A model generated the notes under the pieces. The model saw only the letters and a program-made list of their open reading frames with translations. It was not told the DNA's origin and made no database searches. Positions 8,693 to 18,343 of a stretch of DNA of 33,333 bases are shown here, one piece after another (position 1 is the stretch's first letter; each line of letters begins with the position of its first letter). Origin of the DNA: Acidimicrobiia bacterium (GTDB taxonomy: Bacteria; Actinomycetota; Acidimicrobiia; Spongiisociales; ZC4RG35); assembly GCA_031389635.1 (NCBI GenBank), contig JANMST010000520.1, positions 1-33,333 of the forward strand. Reading direction: 5' to 3'. A program made the translations under genes and the position numbers.

Positions 8693-9858
8693 CAGCGGGA
8701 CACCAGCCGGTAGCGTCGGCTGTAGACATTCACGACTGCGGAGATGACGAGACTGAAGGTGAGGTAGCACCCCATCAAGATGAGAATCGTCTGCGGAGCC
8801 GGTTGGCCGTTGCCTATCGCCTGATAGGCGATCAACGTCACGTCGGCGAACCCGACGGCGATCGCCAGAGAGGTGTTCTTGACGTAGTTGAGGTACTGGT
8901 TGATTGTAGGGGGTAGGGCGATTCTCAAGGCCTGCGGTAGAACGACAAACCGAAGCCTCTGTGTGTTCGAGAGGGCAAGGGCGTTGGCCGCTTCGGTTTG
9001 GCCTTTGGAAACCGCCTGGATCGAACCGCGGACAATCTCGGCGACATGACTGGCGGTATAGAGGACCAGCGCACCCAGGACCGCGAAGAACGCACCCAGA
9101 CCTCCGAACCCGCCGGTGATCACCCGTCCGTCAAGCACCGGAAGCGAAATGGTTAGGGGACGATCGAGAGCGATGTACGCGATCACCGCTACGACCATGA
9201 TGAAGCCCAGGGTCCAGAGCCAGCGATGGTGCGGCTGTCCGGTTCGGGCTTGCACCCGGGTTCGCGACCACCAAATCACAACACCCGAAACAACGGACAA
9301 AGCGAGGATCAGTTGATAGGTCGAGGCCCTCGCTCCGGACGAGATCCCGGGCACGTGGATCTCGAGGTTGCTGATCACCAACCACCCGAACGGGGTTATC
9401 GGACTGCGGGCAGCAGGGAGGCGGAGGATCACCGCCTGAAACGCAAAAACGATGAGCAACAAGGGCGGGAGATTCCGAACGGTCTCTACAAAGAGAGCGG
9501 AGGCCTTGGCCACCAGCCAGTTGGAGGAAAGCCGCCCTATTCCGACCAGCACACCAATGATCGTCAGCAAGGGAAGACCGACAACCGCCAGGGCCAGCGT
9601 GTTGCGAACCCCGTTGAGCAACGCCTCGCGGACCGACGACCCGGGGCTGAGATCAGATCCGGCGATCCGAACCCCGAAAGGCTGGCTGAGGAAGTCGAAG
9701 TCGGTGCGGATCCCGAGACGCCGGAGGTTGTTGCTGAGGTTGAACCAAAGGATGTAGAGGACAAGCCCGGCAACGACCACGGCGACGAGTTGCGCGACGA
9801 CGCGCAAGACCCGTATGTCACGCCAGAACGAAGGCCGAGCTTGGGGTTGGGTCGTGAT
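8692..9858 (-). CDS. aapQ: Amino-acid ABC transporter permease (AapQ/BztB-like); probable ATC start at 9858 (TTG 9807 is the first canonical codon)
   Basis: VRNLPPLL, AEIVRGSI, GQTEAA, KNTSLAIAVG. In-frame extension ITTQPQARPSFWRDIRV follows a GAGGGG SD. Confidence 0.88.
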   Translation of the reverse strand: MTTQPQARPSFWRDIRVLRVVAQLVAVVVAGLVLYILWFNLSNNLRRLGIRTDFDFLSQPFGVRIAGSDLSPGSSVREALLNGVRNTLALAVVGLPLLTIIGVLVGIGRLSSNWLVAKASALFVETVRNLPPLLLIVFAFQAVILRLPAARSPITPFGWLVISNLEIHVPGISSGARASTYQLILALSVVSGVVIWWSRTRVQARTGQPHHRWLWTLGFIMVVAVIAYIALDRPLTISLPVLDGRVITGGFGGLGAFFAVLGALVLYTASHVAEIVRGSIQAVSKGQTEAANALALSNTQRLRFVVLPQALRIALPPTINQYLNYVKNTSLAIAVGFADVTLIAYQAIGNGQPAPQTILILMGCYLTFSLVISAVVNVYSRRYRLVSR

Positions 9859-9869
9859 GTCTGCCCCTC

Positions 9870-9979
9870 AGTTTGAGGTTCGAAGTTAGAGGTTCGAGGC
9901 AGGAAGCCTGAGTTCGAACACCTCAGACCTCAAACCTCGAACCTCCTCATTCAAACCTCAAACTTCGAACCTCAAACCT
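9870..9979. repeat. Inverted heptamer arrays E between aapJ and aapQ
   Basis: AGTTTGA GGTTCGA AGTTAGA GGTTCGA, then two opposite-orientation blocks: ACCTCAG ACCTCAA ACCTCGA and ACCTCAA ACTTCGA ACCTCAA. Confidence 0.9.
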
Positions 9980-9984
9980 TCCTC

Positions 9985-11136
9985 CTACCGATACGGCGGT
10001 GCGTACTGGAGTCCCCCGTTGGTCCACAAGTCGTTGACACCACGGCTCAAACCTAGGGCCGTGTCGGGTCCGACGTTGCGATCGAAGATCTCGCCGTAGT
10101 TCCCGACCGCAGCGATCACGTTGGCTGCCCATCCTGCCTCGAGCCCAAGGCCAGAGTCGAAGATACTTGGCCCGTCATCTCCTGTGATTTCGAGGCCAAG
10201 CAGACGACGGATCTCGGCATTCTCGGTATCGGCGAACGAGTCGATGTTGCCCGACTCAATTCCCAATTCCTCGGCCAGGATCGTGGCGTAAACGACCCAG
10301 TTGATCACCTGCGCCCACTGCGAATCCCCGTCACGGATTGCCGGGCCGAGCGGTTCCTTCGAGAACGTCTCTTCGAGTATCACGACCGCCTCCGGGCCGC
10401 CTTCGGCTTCGGGGAAAGCCGAGCGGACACCGGCCAGCTGGGACTTGTCCGAGGTCCACCCGTCGCATTGGCCAGCCACGAACGCAGCCTGGAGGACCTC
10501 GTTGTCCTCGAAGGTCAAGGGTTCGTAGGGGATGTCCGCAAAGCGGGTCGCCAGGTTCAGTTCGGTGGTGGTCCCCGAAAGGACACAGATGGCAGTGTTG
10601 GCCAGGTCCTCAAGGGTCGTGAACCCCGAGTCCGACCTCACCATCATCCCCTGCCCGTCGTAGAACGTCGTATGCAGGAAGGTGGCGCCCTCACCACCGT
10701 CGCGACTTGACGTGAAGGTCGTGTTCCTGATCAGGACATCGATCTCACCGGACTGCAGCGCCGTGAACCGCTGCTGGGCGGTAAGCGGGACGTACTCGAC
10801 CGCCTCAGGGTCGCCCAGCACAGCGGCTGCGACCGCTTTGCAGAAGTCGATGTCGAATCCGGACAAAGTGCCATCCGGGTTGCGGAAGCCAAAGCCCGGG
10901 ACCGACTCATTGACTCCACACAACAGGCTTCCCCTGGCCTGGACCGCCCCGAGCAGCTCACCGCTTGGAGCCGGCGGCTGGGTTTCGGTGGTTTCGGTGC
11001 CGGGATCGGCAGTAGTGGCCGATCCGGAGTCGGTGGTGACGGTTCCCCCGGTCGTAGTGGTGGTATCGGCGGCCTGCGTGCAGGCTGACAGCGCAAGAAG
11101 AAGCGCCGTGGCTAACAAGAGGAACGGCTTCCTCAT
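9985..11136 (-). CDS. aapJ: Amino-acid ABC transporter substrate-binding lipoprotein (AapJ/BztA-like)
   Basis: Lipobox LSA-C; GFDIDFCKAVAAA, RFTALQSGEIDVL, FYDGQG, SKEPLGP, VGNYGEIFDRN, GGLQYAPP; GGAGG SD. Confidence 0.93.
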   Translation of the reverse strand: MRKPFLLLATALLLALSACTQAADTTTTTGGTVTTDSGSATTADPGTETTETQPPAPSGELLGAVQARGSLLCGVNESVPGFGFRNPDGTLSGFDIDFCKAVAAAVLGDPEAVEYVPLTAQQRFTALQSGEIDVLIRNTTFTSSRDGGEGATFLHTTFYDGQGMMVRSDSGFTTLEDLANTAICVLSGTTTELNLATRFADIPYEPLTFEDNEVLQAAFVAGQCDGWTSDKSQLAGVRSAFPEAEGGPEAVVILEETFSKEPLGPAIRDGDSQWAQVINWVVYATILAEELGIESGNIDSFADTENAEIRRLLGLEITGDDGPSIFDSGLGLEAGWAANVIAAVGNYGEIFDRNVGPDTALGLSRGVNDLWTNGGLQYAPPYR

Positions 11137-11253
11137 ATGACCTCCCTAGGTTTCTCCCTTGGTGGGGAGGCAATCGACCCTAGCGCCGAGGCGTGCAAGA
11201 TGACTAGCGCGAACCAGGAATGGGCCTGATTCCGTAACACGCGGAGGCCGCTT

Positions 11254-11889
11254 GTGACATTCTTAAAAGGACACCTCCAAACGGGTCGAACGGAACAATC
11301 CTTGGATAACACAGACGCTGTGCTGCTAACGGCTGCGTCCAATGGGGACGCTGACTCGTTTGCCGTTTTCTTTCGACGTCACGTGTCCCCGGTGACCCTG
11401 TACGGGCTCAGGCGATGCTCCGACCCCGACGATGTCGCCGACCTGGTGGCCGAGACTTTTCTTGTGGCCCTACAGGCATCCGGCCGTTACGTACCGGAGA
11501 CCGACACCGCCTTGCCCTGGCTGTTCGGAATCGCACGGAGGGTTCTGGCCAAACAGCGCAGGCGGCTGGCGGGCACCCGGCGCCTGCTCGTGAAAGCGAC
11601 CAACGCTCACCTCTTATTCACATCGTCTGAGGAGGATGCAGTGGCGGCTGCCATCGACGCCGCCCGCCAGGCTCCTCTTCTCGAAGCGGGTCTGGCGGCA
11701 CTCAGTACGAGCGAGCGCGAAGTTCTCGAACTCGTCGCCTACGACGGCCTGACGCCGTCAGAGGTGGCGGCGATGCTGAACCTCAGCCCCAACGCGGCCC
11801 GCCTTCGCCTCTCCCGGGCCCGGCGCCATCTGCGACAGGTACTCGATCCTGCCCCAGGGGTGGAGAAGGAGGCCCGCCATGCGTTCTAA
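11254..11889 (+). CDS. ECF-type RNA polymerase sigma-70 factor
   Basis: Region 2 DVADLVAETF...WLFGIAR; region 4 LSTSEREVLEL...EVAAMLN...RLRLSRAR. Start may be TTG 11302. Confidence 0.9.
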   Translation: MTFLKGHLQTGRTEQSLDNTDAVLLTAASNGDADSFAVFFRRHVSPVTLYGLRRCSDPDDVADLVAETFLVALQASGRYVPETDTALPWLFGIARRVLAKQRRRLAGTRRLLVKATNAHLLFTSSEEDAVAAAIDAARQAPLLEAGLAALSTSEREVLELVAYDGLTPSEVAAMLNLSPNAARLRLSRARRHLRQVLDPAPGVEKEARHAF

Positions 11890-12310
11890 CGACCGTTTCC
11901 GTCGCCCACGGGATCCTGATCTAAAGGACTACTGGGACCGCCTCGAGAAAAGGTTGCGCGCTCAGATGGTGGAGTCGCCTCCTCGCAAGGTTCGCTTCCC
12001 GTCCGTGACCCGGGTGATCCGCACGATGGCTCGCCCTGCCTTGCACGGCAGCATGGCGATGGTCATGGTCGCGGTAGTGATTCTGACCGGAAAAGCTGCC
12101 CCCACCGACCTGGACCTCCCGAGTCAGTTGTCGGTGGCCTCCACAGCAGCCGGCCCGATCTGGGTGGAGGTCGCCGAGATCCACGACCCCACCCCCCAGC
12201 GATCCAAGGTAGTGGTCAATCGCCGACCACCCCGCTTCGTCACGCTGGTCACGAACGAGCCGCGGCCATCGGCTCCAGTGCCCGAGACGAACAGCCCGGC
12301 AACGGTCTAG
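11879..12310 (+). CDS. Hypothetical single-pass membrane protein, candidate anti-sigma factor
   Basis: Overlaps the sigma gene end, AAGGAGG SD, one hydrophobic stretch (MAMVMVAVVIL). Confidence 0.55.
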   Translation: MRSNDRFRRPRDPDLKDYWDRLEKRLRAQMVESPPRKVRFPSVTRVIRTMARPALHGSMAMVMVAVVILTGKAAPTDLDLPSQLSVASTAAGPIWVEVAEIHDPTPQRSKVVVNRRPPRFVTLVTNEPRPSAPVPETNSPATV

Positions 12311-12345
12311 CGGCAGTCGGGGACCCAGGGTCGATTTCCGGGCGT

Positions 12346-14205
12346 CTACTCGCCGAGGAGAAGCGCCACGCGGCCGACCAATGAATCGACGTCGAGCCCG
12401 AGTTCCTGCAGAAGGTCATCCACAGTTCCGGCCGCAAGGAATCGGTCCGGGATCCCCATCACTGAGACCTTCGACGACAAGTCGGTGCCGGACAGGTGCT
12501 CAAGCACGGCGCTTCCGAAACCTCCCGAGACGACGTTGTCCTCGAGAGTCACAACCCGGCGATAGCTCGACACAAACTCCTCCAGCCGGGGATCGAGGGG
12601 TTTTACCCATCGAGCGTTGACAACGCCGCAAGAGATGTCGCGCGCAGCCAGGTTGGAAGCGACCTTTTGGGCGATCTCGACCATTCGGCCGACCGCCAGG
12701 ATGAGCACATCCTCCCCTTCCCTGACCTCCTCCCAAACACCGACCGGGATCGGGGTCGCCGGCAGCGATGGGAGCGACGAAGCAGAGGCCTTGGGGAATC
12801 GGATTGCGATCGGGCCGTTGTGGGCGACCGCAGTCTCGATCATTCCTGCCAGCTCGTGAGCGTCGGCCGGTGCCCCCACGACCATGTTGGGGATCATTCT
12901 TAGATAGGAGAGGTCGAACACTCCGTGATGGGAAGGGCCATCGGGTCCGGTGATGCCCGCTCGGTCGATCAAGAACACCACCGGCAGATCGTGAAGGGAG
13001 ACATCGGTGATGATCTGGTCGAACGCCCGCTGCAGAAAACTCGAATAGATGGCGACCACCGGCTTCTTTCCGGCCATCGCCACGCCCGCCGCCAGGGTCA
13101 CGGTGTGCTGCTCAGCAATGCCGGTGTCGAGCACCCGCTCGGGCATCTCGTCGGCCATCTCCTGGAGCCCGGTCGAGGAGACCATTGCCGCCGAGATCGC
13201 CATGACGTCGGGATTGCGTCGGGCGATGTCGAGCACCGACCGACCGGCGATATCCGTGAGTTTGGTTTCCGCCTTGAGGGCTCGACCGGTGGCAATGTCG
13301 AAACTGCCGGGGCTATGGAGCTTGTCGATCTCGTCGGCGATCGCCGGGCCGTAGCCCAGTCCCTTCTCGGTTATGACATGGACGATGACCGGCTCCCCGT
13401 ACTCACGGGCCTGGGCCAGGGTTGTTTCCAGAAGCTTCAGGTCATGCCCGTCGATCCGGCCGGAGTATTTCAGACCGAGCGTGTCTAACACGGTCGACGG
13501 CTCGAGAATCTGCTTGAAGGCTTCCTTGAACCGGCTGGCCATCTCGTCGGCGGTTTCGCCCACCACGGGCAGGCCTCTCAGCATCCGACCAAAGGTGCGC
13601 TTGGTCCACTCGTAGCGTGGGTCGAGGCGGTAGTGCGAAAGATTGGCGAGGGCGGCCAAACCTCCGACCGTCGGGGCATAGGAACGCCCGTTGTCGTTGA
13701 CGACGATCACGAGATTGGTGGGCCTGGCCACGGCAATGTGGTTCAAGGCCTCATAGGCCATGCCGCCGGTGAGAGCCCCGTCCCCGATCACGGCAACGGT
13801 CCAATAGTCGGGATGGGTGAGGGCATGCCCGAGTGCATATGACAGGGAAGTCGAGGCGTGGCTGTTCTCGACGAAGTCGTGGGGACTCTCCGCCCGGCTC
13901 GGATAGCCGGACATCCCTCCGTATTTGCGAAGGCTGGAAAAACCATCCATGCGACCCGTGACCAACTTGTGAACGTAAGCCTGGTGCCCGACGTCCCAGA
14001 TGATCCGGTCGTGGGGGCTGTCGAAGGAGCGGTGCAGGGCGATGGTCAGCTCGACCACGCCGAGGTTGGGGCTGAGATGGCCACCGGAACGGGAGATCTG
14101 ATCCACCAGGAACTGGCGGATCTCCTGACAAAGCTCAGCCAGCTCCTCCTCATCCAATTGCCGCAGATCGGAGGGTCGCCGGATACGGGCGAGAAGAGAG
14201 GTCAC
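12346..14205 (-). CDS. dxs: 1-deoxy-D-xylulose-5-phosphate synthase
   Basis: GGHLSPNLGVVELTIALH, WDVGHQAYVHK, GDGALTGGMAYEALN, GIAEQH, DRAGITGPDGPSH. Confidence 0.97.
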   Translation of the reverse strand: MTSLLARIRRPSDLRQLDEEELAELCQEIRQFLVDQISRSGGHLSPNLGVVELTIALHRSFDSPHDRIIWDVGHQAYVHKLVTGRMDGFSSLRKYGGMSGYPSRAESPHDFVENSHASTSLSYALGHALTHPDYWTVAVIGDGALTGGMAYEALNHIAVARPTNLVIVVNDNGRSYAPTVGGLAALANLSHYRLDPRYEWTKRTFGRMLRGLPVVGETADEMASRFKEAFKQILEPSTVLDTLGLKYSGRIDGHDLKLLETTLAQAREYGEPVIVHVITEKGLGYGPAIADEIDKLHSPGSFDIATGRALKAETKLTDIAGRSVLDIARRNPDVMAISAAMVSSTGLQEMADEMPERVLDTGIAEQHTVTLAAGVAMAGKKPVVAIYSSFLQRAFDQIITDVSLHDLPVVFLIDRAGITGPDGPSHHGVFDLSYLRMIPNMVVGAPADAHELAGMIETAVAHNGPIAIRFPKASASSLPSLPATPIPVGVWEEVREGEDVLILAVGRMVEIAQKVASNLAARDISCGVVNARWVKPLDPRLEEFVSSYRRVVTLEDNVVSGGFGSAVLEHLSGTDLSSKVSVMGIPDRFLAAGTVDDLLQELGLDVDSLVGRVALLLGE

Positions 14206-14259
14206 GAGAACGACAGGCTACCGGGAGTCCGTTGTGAAGTCAGCCGGTCGAAAGGACCA

Positions 14260-14388
14260 GCCACAGGCCACAGGCCACAGGCCTCAAGCGGCGTCGCACG
14301 TCTCACGTCTCACGTGCCACGGCTATGAGTCTTGGTGCCCGAGGCTGAAGCTGTCCGCCGTGAGGCGTGAGACGTGGGACTTGAGACG
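14260..14388. repeat. Composite inverted heptamer arrays F (GCCACAG and CGTCTCA families)
   Basis: (GCCACAG)3 GCCTCAA; CGTCGCA (CGTCTCA)2 CGTGCCA; inverted arm TGAGGCG TGAGACG TGGGACT TGAGACG. Confidence 0.9.
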
Positions 14389-14391
14389 ATC

Positions 14392-16125
14392 TCATCCAGG
14401 CGACGGCGGACCTTCAGTCGTGGGATTCTCCGTTTGCGGGATCCGCAGGCGGAAGGTCGAGCCCTGGCCCAGTTCGCTTTCTACCTGGACCGATCCTCCG
14501 TGGCGCTCGACCACGTGGCGGACGATGGCGAGGCCCAGGCCGGTGCCACCTGTGGCCCGTGCCCGAGCGGTGTCGACCCGGTAGAACCGCTCGAAGATTC
14601 GCGGCAACTCCCGACTGGGGATCCCTTCACCCGAGTCGACGACCTCCACCAGAACATCCCCGTTGTCACTCCTGAGCCTGACGTCGATTGCGCCGCCTTC
14701 AGGAGTGTGGCGGACGGCATTGTCGAGCAGGTTGCGGATCGCCAGCCCGAGGTCCCTCCTGCTTCCAGACACCGATACCGCCGATGACGATGCCGTCAGT
14801 GTGAGCCCCGCCGATTCGGCGGCCGGCCTGAGCCGGTTCACCTCCTCCTCGGCCACCTGATCGAGCCGCACCAACTCGTGGTCCGGCTCCGAAGCCTCGA
14901 GCCGCGACAGATCGAGGAGGTCACCGACAAGCTTGGCAAGCTGCCTCGCCAGACGCTCGATTTGCTCGCCGAAGCGCTGGGCCGAGCCAGGATCACGGGC
15001 CAGGGCCATTTGCAGTGCCTCGGCCGAAGCCAGGATGGCTGCCACCGGTGTTTTCAACTCGTGTGAGGCCGACGAAACGAAGTCACGCCGCATGGCGTCG
15101 AGCCGGCTCGTATCAGTGATGTCGGAGATGGCAAGAAGAACGCGCCGATCCTGCGGGAACGGGCTGGCGGCGGCCTGCAAGATTCGCGTCGGGTTTCCGT
15201 GATCGAAGAGACCCTCGGTCCTGGTTCCCCCGGTCCTCGCCTCTCTGACGAGAGTCTGCAACCCGTGAGGAGTGAGGCCCCCGAGAACGTCCGAGATCCG
15301 GATCATGTCGGCCGCGGCGGGGTTCGAGTAAAGGATCTGGTCATCCTCGTCGATCACCACAACCGCCTGACGCACGGCTCCCAGCACCTGATCCAGCAGG
15401 TGTGCCTGCCCCTCGCTGAGTTCGATCCGGTGGCCGAGCTCGGCCGCCATGTGGTTCAGAGCAACGGCCATGCGATCGAGCTCCTTCGTATCCACTCTCG
15501 GCACTCTCGCCGCCAGGTTGCCCCCGGCGACCGACTCGGCAGCGTTCGTCATCTCCTTCAGGGGTCGGGCAATTCTTCGTGAGATCAGCCAGACAAGCAT
15601 GACTCCAATGAGCCCGGCCAACCCCGCCCCCGTGATCACCGCCACTCTGATCTGTCCAAGTCGGTCGGCTACCGAGGCCTCGGGAAGCGCCAGGCGGACG
15701 ATTCGACCTTCGCTAGGCGGGAGGGCGACGTACAACAGGGCCTCGTCGATCGTTGAGCTCTGACGGCGGGCCACCCCCACCTCCCCGGCCAGGGCCGCCA
15801 CCACCTCCGGTCGCTGCGAATGGTTCTCCATCGCGGAGACGTCCTCGACGGAATCGGCCAAAACCTGCCCGTCCAACCTGATCACGGTCACCCGACTCCC
15901 GGACCGGCTCGCCAGGTCGTCGACAACTGCTTCCAGGTTGTCCTCGCCCCGTATCGCCACTTCGACCACCGAGGCCTGCTGGACAAGGGACGATGTCAAC
16001 TCATCCAGGAACTGCCTGCGGACCGAGCTATCGACCAGAACGCCGAACAGCCCGATGATCACAACGAAGGCCAGCGTGTAGACGGCGAGGAGTTTTACCG
16101 ATAGGCCCCGCCTGGTTTCACTCAT
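14392..16125 (-). CDS. Phosphate-regulon sensor histidine kinase (PhoR/SenX3-like; extracellular domain, HAMP, PAS-like)
   Basis: MENHSQRPEV extracellular motif, HAMP, RRDFVSSASHELKTP, IFERFYRVD.ARARATGGTGLGLAIV. ATG 16125 overlaps the regulator end. Confidence 0.9.
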   Translation of the reverse strand: MSETRRGLSVKLLAVYTLAFVVIIGLFGVLVDSSVRRQFLDELTSSLVQQASVVEVAIRGEDNLEAVVDDLASRSGSRVTVIRLDGQVLADSVEDVSAMENHSQRPEVVAALAGEVGVARRQSSTIDEALLYVALPPSEGRIVRLALPEASVADRLGQIRVAVITGAGLAGLIGVMLVWLISRRIARPLKEMTNAAESVAGGNLAARVPRVDTKELDRMAVALNHMAAELGHRIELSEGQAHLLDQVLGAVRQAVVVIDEDDQILYSNPAAADMIRISDVLGGLTPHGLQTLVREARTGGTRTEGLFDHGNPTRILQAAASPFPQDRRVLLAISDITDTSRLDAMRRDFVSSASHELKTPVAAILASAEALQMALARDPGSAQRFGEQIERLARQLAKLVGDLLDLSRLEASEPDHELVRLDQVAEEEVNRLRPAAESAGLTLTASSSAVSVSGSRRDLGLAIRNLLDNAVRHTPEGGAIDVRLRSDNGDVLVEVVDSGEGIPSRELPRIFERFYRVDTARARATGGTGLGLAIVRHVVERHGGSVQVESELGQGSTFRLRIPQTENPTTEGPPSPG

Positions 16126-16837
16126 CGACGAATTTGTACCCCAAACCCCGCACAGTAACGATATGCCTCGGCCGGGCTGGGTCTGCCTCCAGCTTCTGAC
16201 GGAGCCGCTTGATGTGAACATCGAGGGTCTTGGTGGCCCCGAAATAGTCGGGACCCCAGACCTCGTCGATCAAAGTCTCTCTGGTGGCGAGCCGTCCTCT
16301 CCGGCGCATCAGCGACTCCAGGAGGTCGAACTCCTTGGGTCGAACCGGGACCGACTCACCGGCGACTCTCACCTCGTGGGCGTCGACGTCGAGTTCGACC
16401 GCGCCGCCGCGGAGGACCTCGTTGCTCCCCGATAGCGCACCTGATTTGGCCGCCCGTCGAAGTTGGGCCCGGACCCGGGCGACCAACTCTCTCATGGAGA
16501 AGGGTTTTGTCATGTAGTCGTCGGCGCCCAGTTCGAGGCCCGCCACCTTGTCGGCCTCTCCCTCTTTGGCAGTGAGCATGATGATCGGCACGTCGGACTC
16601 CCGTCGTAACTGGCGGCAGACATCCAGGCCCGACATCCCGGGGAGCATCACGTCCAGAATCACCACCGATGGGTTGAGCCGGCGAGCCGCCTCCAGGCCC
16701 TCCCGGCCGCCCTGAGCGGACGCCACCTGGAAGCCTTCGAGCTCGAGGGCATAGCTAACCGCTTCGACGATGGCCGATTCGTCCTCGACCACCAGGACCC
16801 GTGGCCTGTGGTCAGGGGACGTCGCCGTTGCGATCAC
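16118..16837 (-). CDS. regX3: OmpR-family response regulator, RegX3/PhoP-like
   Basis: VLVVEDE, ILDVMLPG, GLELGADDY.TKPFS, VWGPDYFGATKTLDVHIKRLR. Start uncertain (GTG 16837 or ATG 16858). Confidence 0.88.
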   Translation of the reverse strand: MIATATSPDHRPRVLVVEDESAIVEAVSYALELEGFQVASAQGGREGLEAARRLNPSVVILDVMLPGMSGLDVCRQLRRESDVPIIMLTAKEGEADKVAGLELGADDYMTKPFSMRELVARVRAQLRRAAKSGALSGSNEVLRGGAVELDVDAHEVRVAGESVPVRPKEFDLLESLMRRRGRLATRETLIDEVWGPDYFGATKTLDVHIKRLRQKLEADPARPRHIVTVRGLGYKFVDE

Positions 16838-17513
16838 TGGCTGCCATCCCTTCTTCATTGAACTCCATCATCTCACCGGTGAGGAGAAAAGCTGTCTGCT
16901 CGGCAATATCGACCACCTGGTCGCCGATTCGCTCCAGGGCCCGGCTGACGATCATCATCCGGGTCGCCCACTCGAGCATGCCCGCGTCGGGACCACAGTC
17001 GACCACTTCTTTGTACATGTTTCGATTGAGACGGTCGATCGGCTCGTCCATCGCTGGCAACAGCCGCGCCTCGTCGAGATCGCGGCGGACCAGCGCTTCC
17101 ACCCCAGTGCGGATCATCGGCCTCACGAGATCGCCCATCTCCCTGATCTGAGCGACAATTCGCTCGGAACGGGGCAGCCCGTAAGTGACCTGGGCGATCT
17201 TGGCGATGTTGACGCACTGATCGCCCATCCGTTCGAGGGTCGTATTGAGGTGCAGGATCACCGACATCATCCGGAGGTCGCTCGCCATTGGTTGCTGGCG
17301 AGCCATGAGAGTCATCCAACGGTCGTGGACCTCTAAATACGTGCGATCGATCCGAGCATCGAGCTGCACCACGCGGGCGGCCAGCTCCATGTCCGGGATG
17401 CAGACCGAGTCGACTGCCATGCCCACCATCTGCTCGGCCTGATCAGCGACGCCCAAAAGCGTCTGTTCGAGATCGACCATCTCCTGGTGGAAGCCGGAGC
17501 GCATGTCGTTCAT
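16812..17513 (-). CDS. phoU: Phosphate signalling complex protein PhoU
   Basis: [23 protein letters not shown]; follows pstB with an ATGA overlap. Confidence 0.95.
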   Translation of the reverse strand: MNDMRSGFHQEMVDLEQTLLGVADQAEQMVGMAVDSVCIPDMELAARVVQLDARIDRTYLEVHDRWMTLMARQQPMASDLRMMSVILHLNTTLERMGDQCVNIAKIAQVTYGLPRSERIVAQIREMGDLVRPMIRTGVEALVRRDLDEARLLPAMDEPIDRLNRNMYKEVVDCGPDAGMLEWATRMMIVSRALERIGDQVVDIAEQTAFLLTGEMMEFNEEGMAASDRNGDVP

Positions 17514-18343
17514 CCGAATCGTCCCGTTATGTAGTCCTCCGTCATCTGCTGGCGGGGTTTGGTGAATATGTCTTCGGTGCGACCGTATTCCACCAGGTAC
17601 CCGGCTCGATCCTCGTCCATGTTGAAGAAGGCGGTGAAGTCCGAGGCCCGGGCCGCCTGCTGCATGTTGTGGGTGACGATGATGATGGTGTATCGGCTCT
17701 TGAGTTCCTGGATGAGCTCTTCGATCCTGAGGGTGGCGACTGGATCGAGCGCCGAGGTCGGCTCATCCATCAGGACGATCTCGGGCTTGACGGCAATCGC
17801 CCTGGCAATGCAAAGCCTCTGCTGCTGGCCGCCGGAAAGCGAATAACCGCTCTCGCGGAGCTTGCCCTTGACCTCGTCCCAAAGAGCAGCCTGCCGGAGA
17901 GCTCCCTCCACTAGGTCGTCCATCTTGCCCTTGAACCCGTTGACCTTGGCTCCCCAGGCAACGTTGTCGTAGATGCTCTTGGGGAACGGGTTCGGTTTCT
18001 GGAAGACCATTCCCACCTTGCGGCGTACTTCGACGGGATCGATCCCGGGTCCGTAAATGTCGACACCGTCGAAGCGAACCTCACCTTCCACCCGTGCCCC
18101 CGGAATCAGGTCGTTCATGCGGTTGAACGCACGGAGAACAGTGCTCTTTCCGCAACCGGAGGGTCCGATCAAGGCGGTGATCTTGTTGGTTACACAGTCG
18201 AGATTGATGTCCTTGACCGCGCGGAACGCCTTGTAGTACACACCCATCCCCCGAGCCTCGACCGCGATCGGCGGCGGGGTGGAAACGGGAGGGGACTGCA
18301 CGGTAGCTATATCGACCATGGGGACATTCTCCACTAACTCCAT
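17510..18343 (-). CDS. pstB: Phosphate ABC transporter ATP-binding protein
   Basis: [47 protein letters not shown]. Confidence 0.97.
   Translation of the reverse strand: MELVENVPMVDIATVQSPPVSTPPPIAVEARGMGVYYKAFRAVKDINLDCVTNKITALIGPSGCGKSTVLRAFNRMNDLIPGARVEGEVRFDGVDIYGPGIDPVEVRRKVGMVFQKPNPFPKSIYDNVAWGAKVNGFKGKMDDLVEGALRQAALWDEVKGKLRESGYSLSGGQQQRLCIARAIAVKPEIVLMDEPTSALDPVATLRIEELIQELKSRYTIIIVTHNMQQAARASDFTAFFNMDEDRAGYLVEYGRTEDIFTKPRQQMTEDYITGRFG

Noticed and set aside
5895-8713. Long plus-strand ORFs (543 aa, 418 aa) and similar shadow ORFs elsewhere (e.g. 20900-21748, 26202-27074, 27296-28294)
   Set aside because: Antisense or alternate frames of well-supported genes; expected in high-GC DNA, with no recognisable motifs.
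11234-11258. GTAAC and GTGAC upstream of aapJ as a GlnR box
   Set aside because: The sites are 20 nt apart and lack the second half-site at the expected 11-nt spacing.
12311-12345. GACCC-A-GGGTC as a terminator between convergent genes
   Set aside because: Stem too short and loop too small to support.
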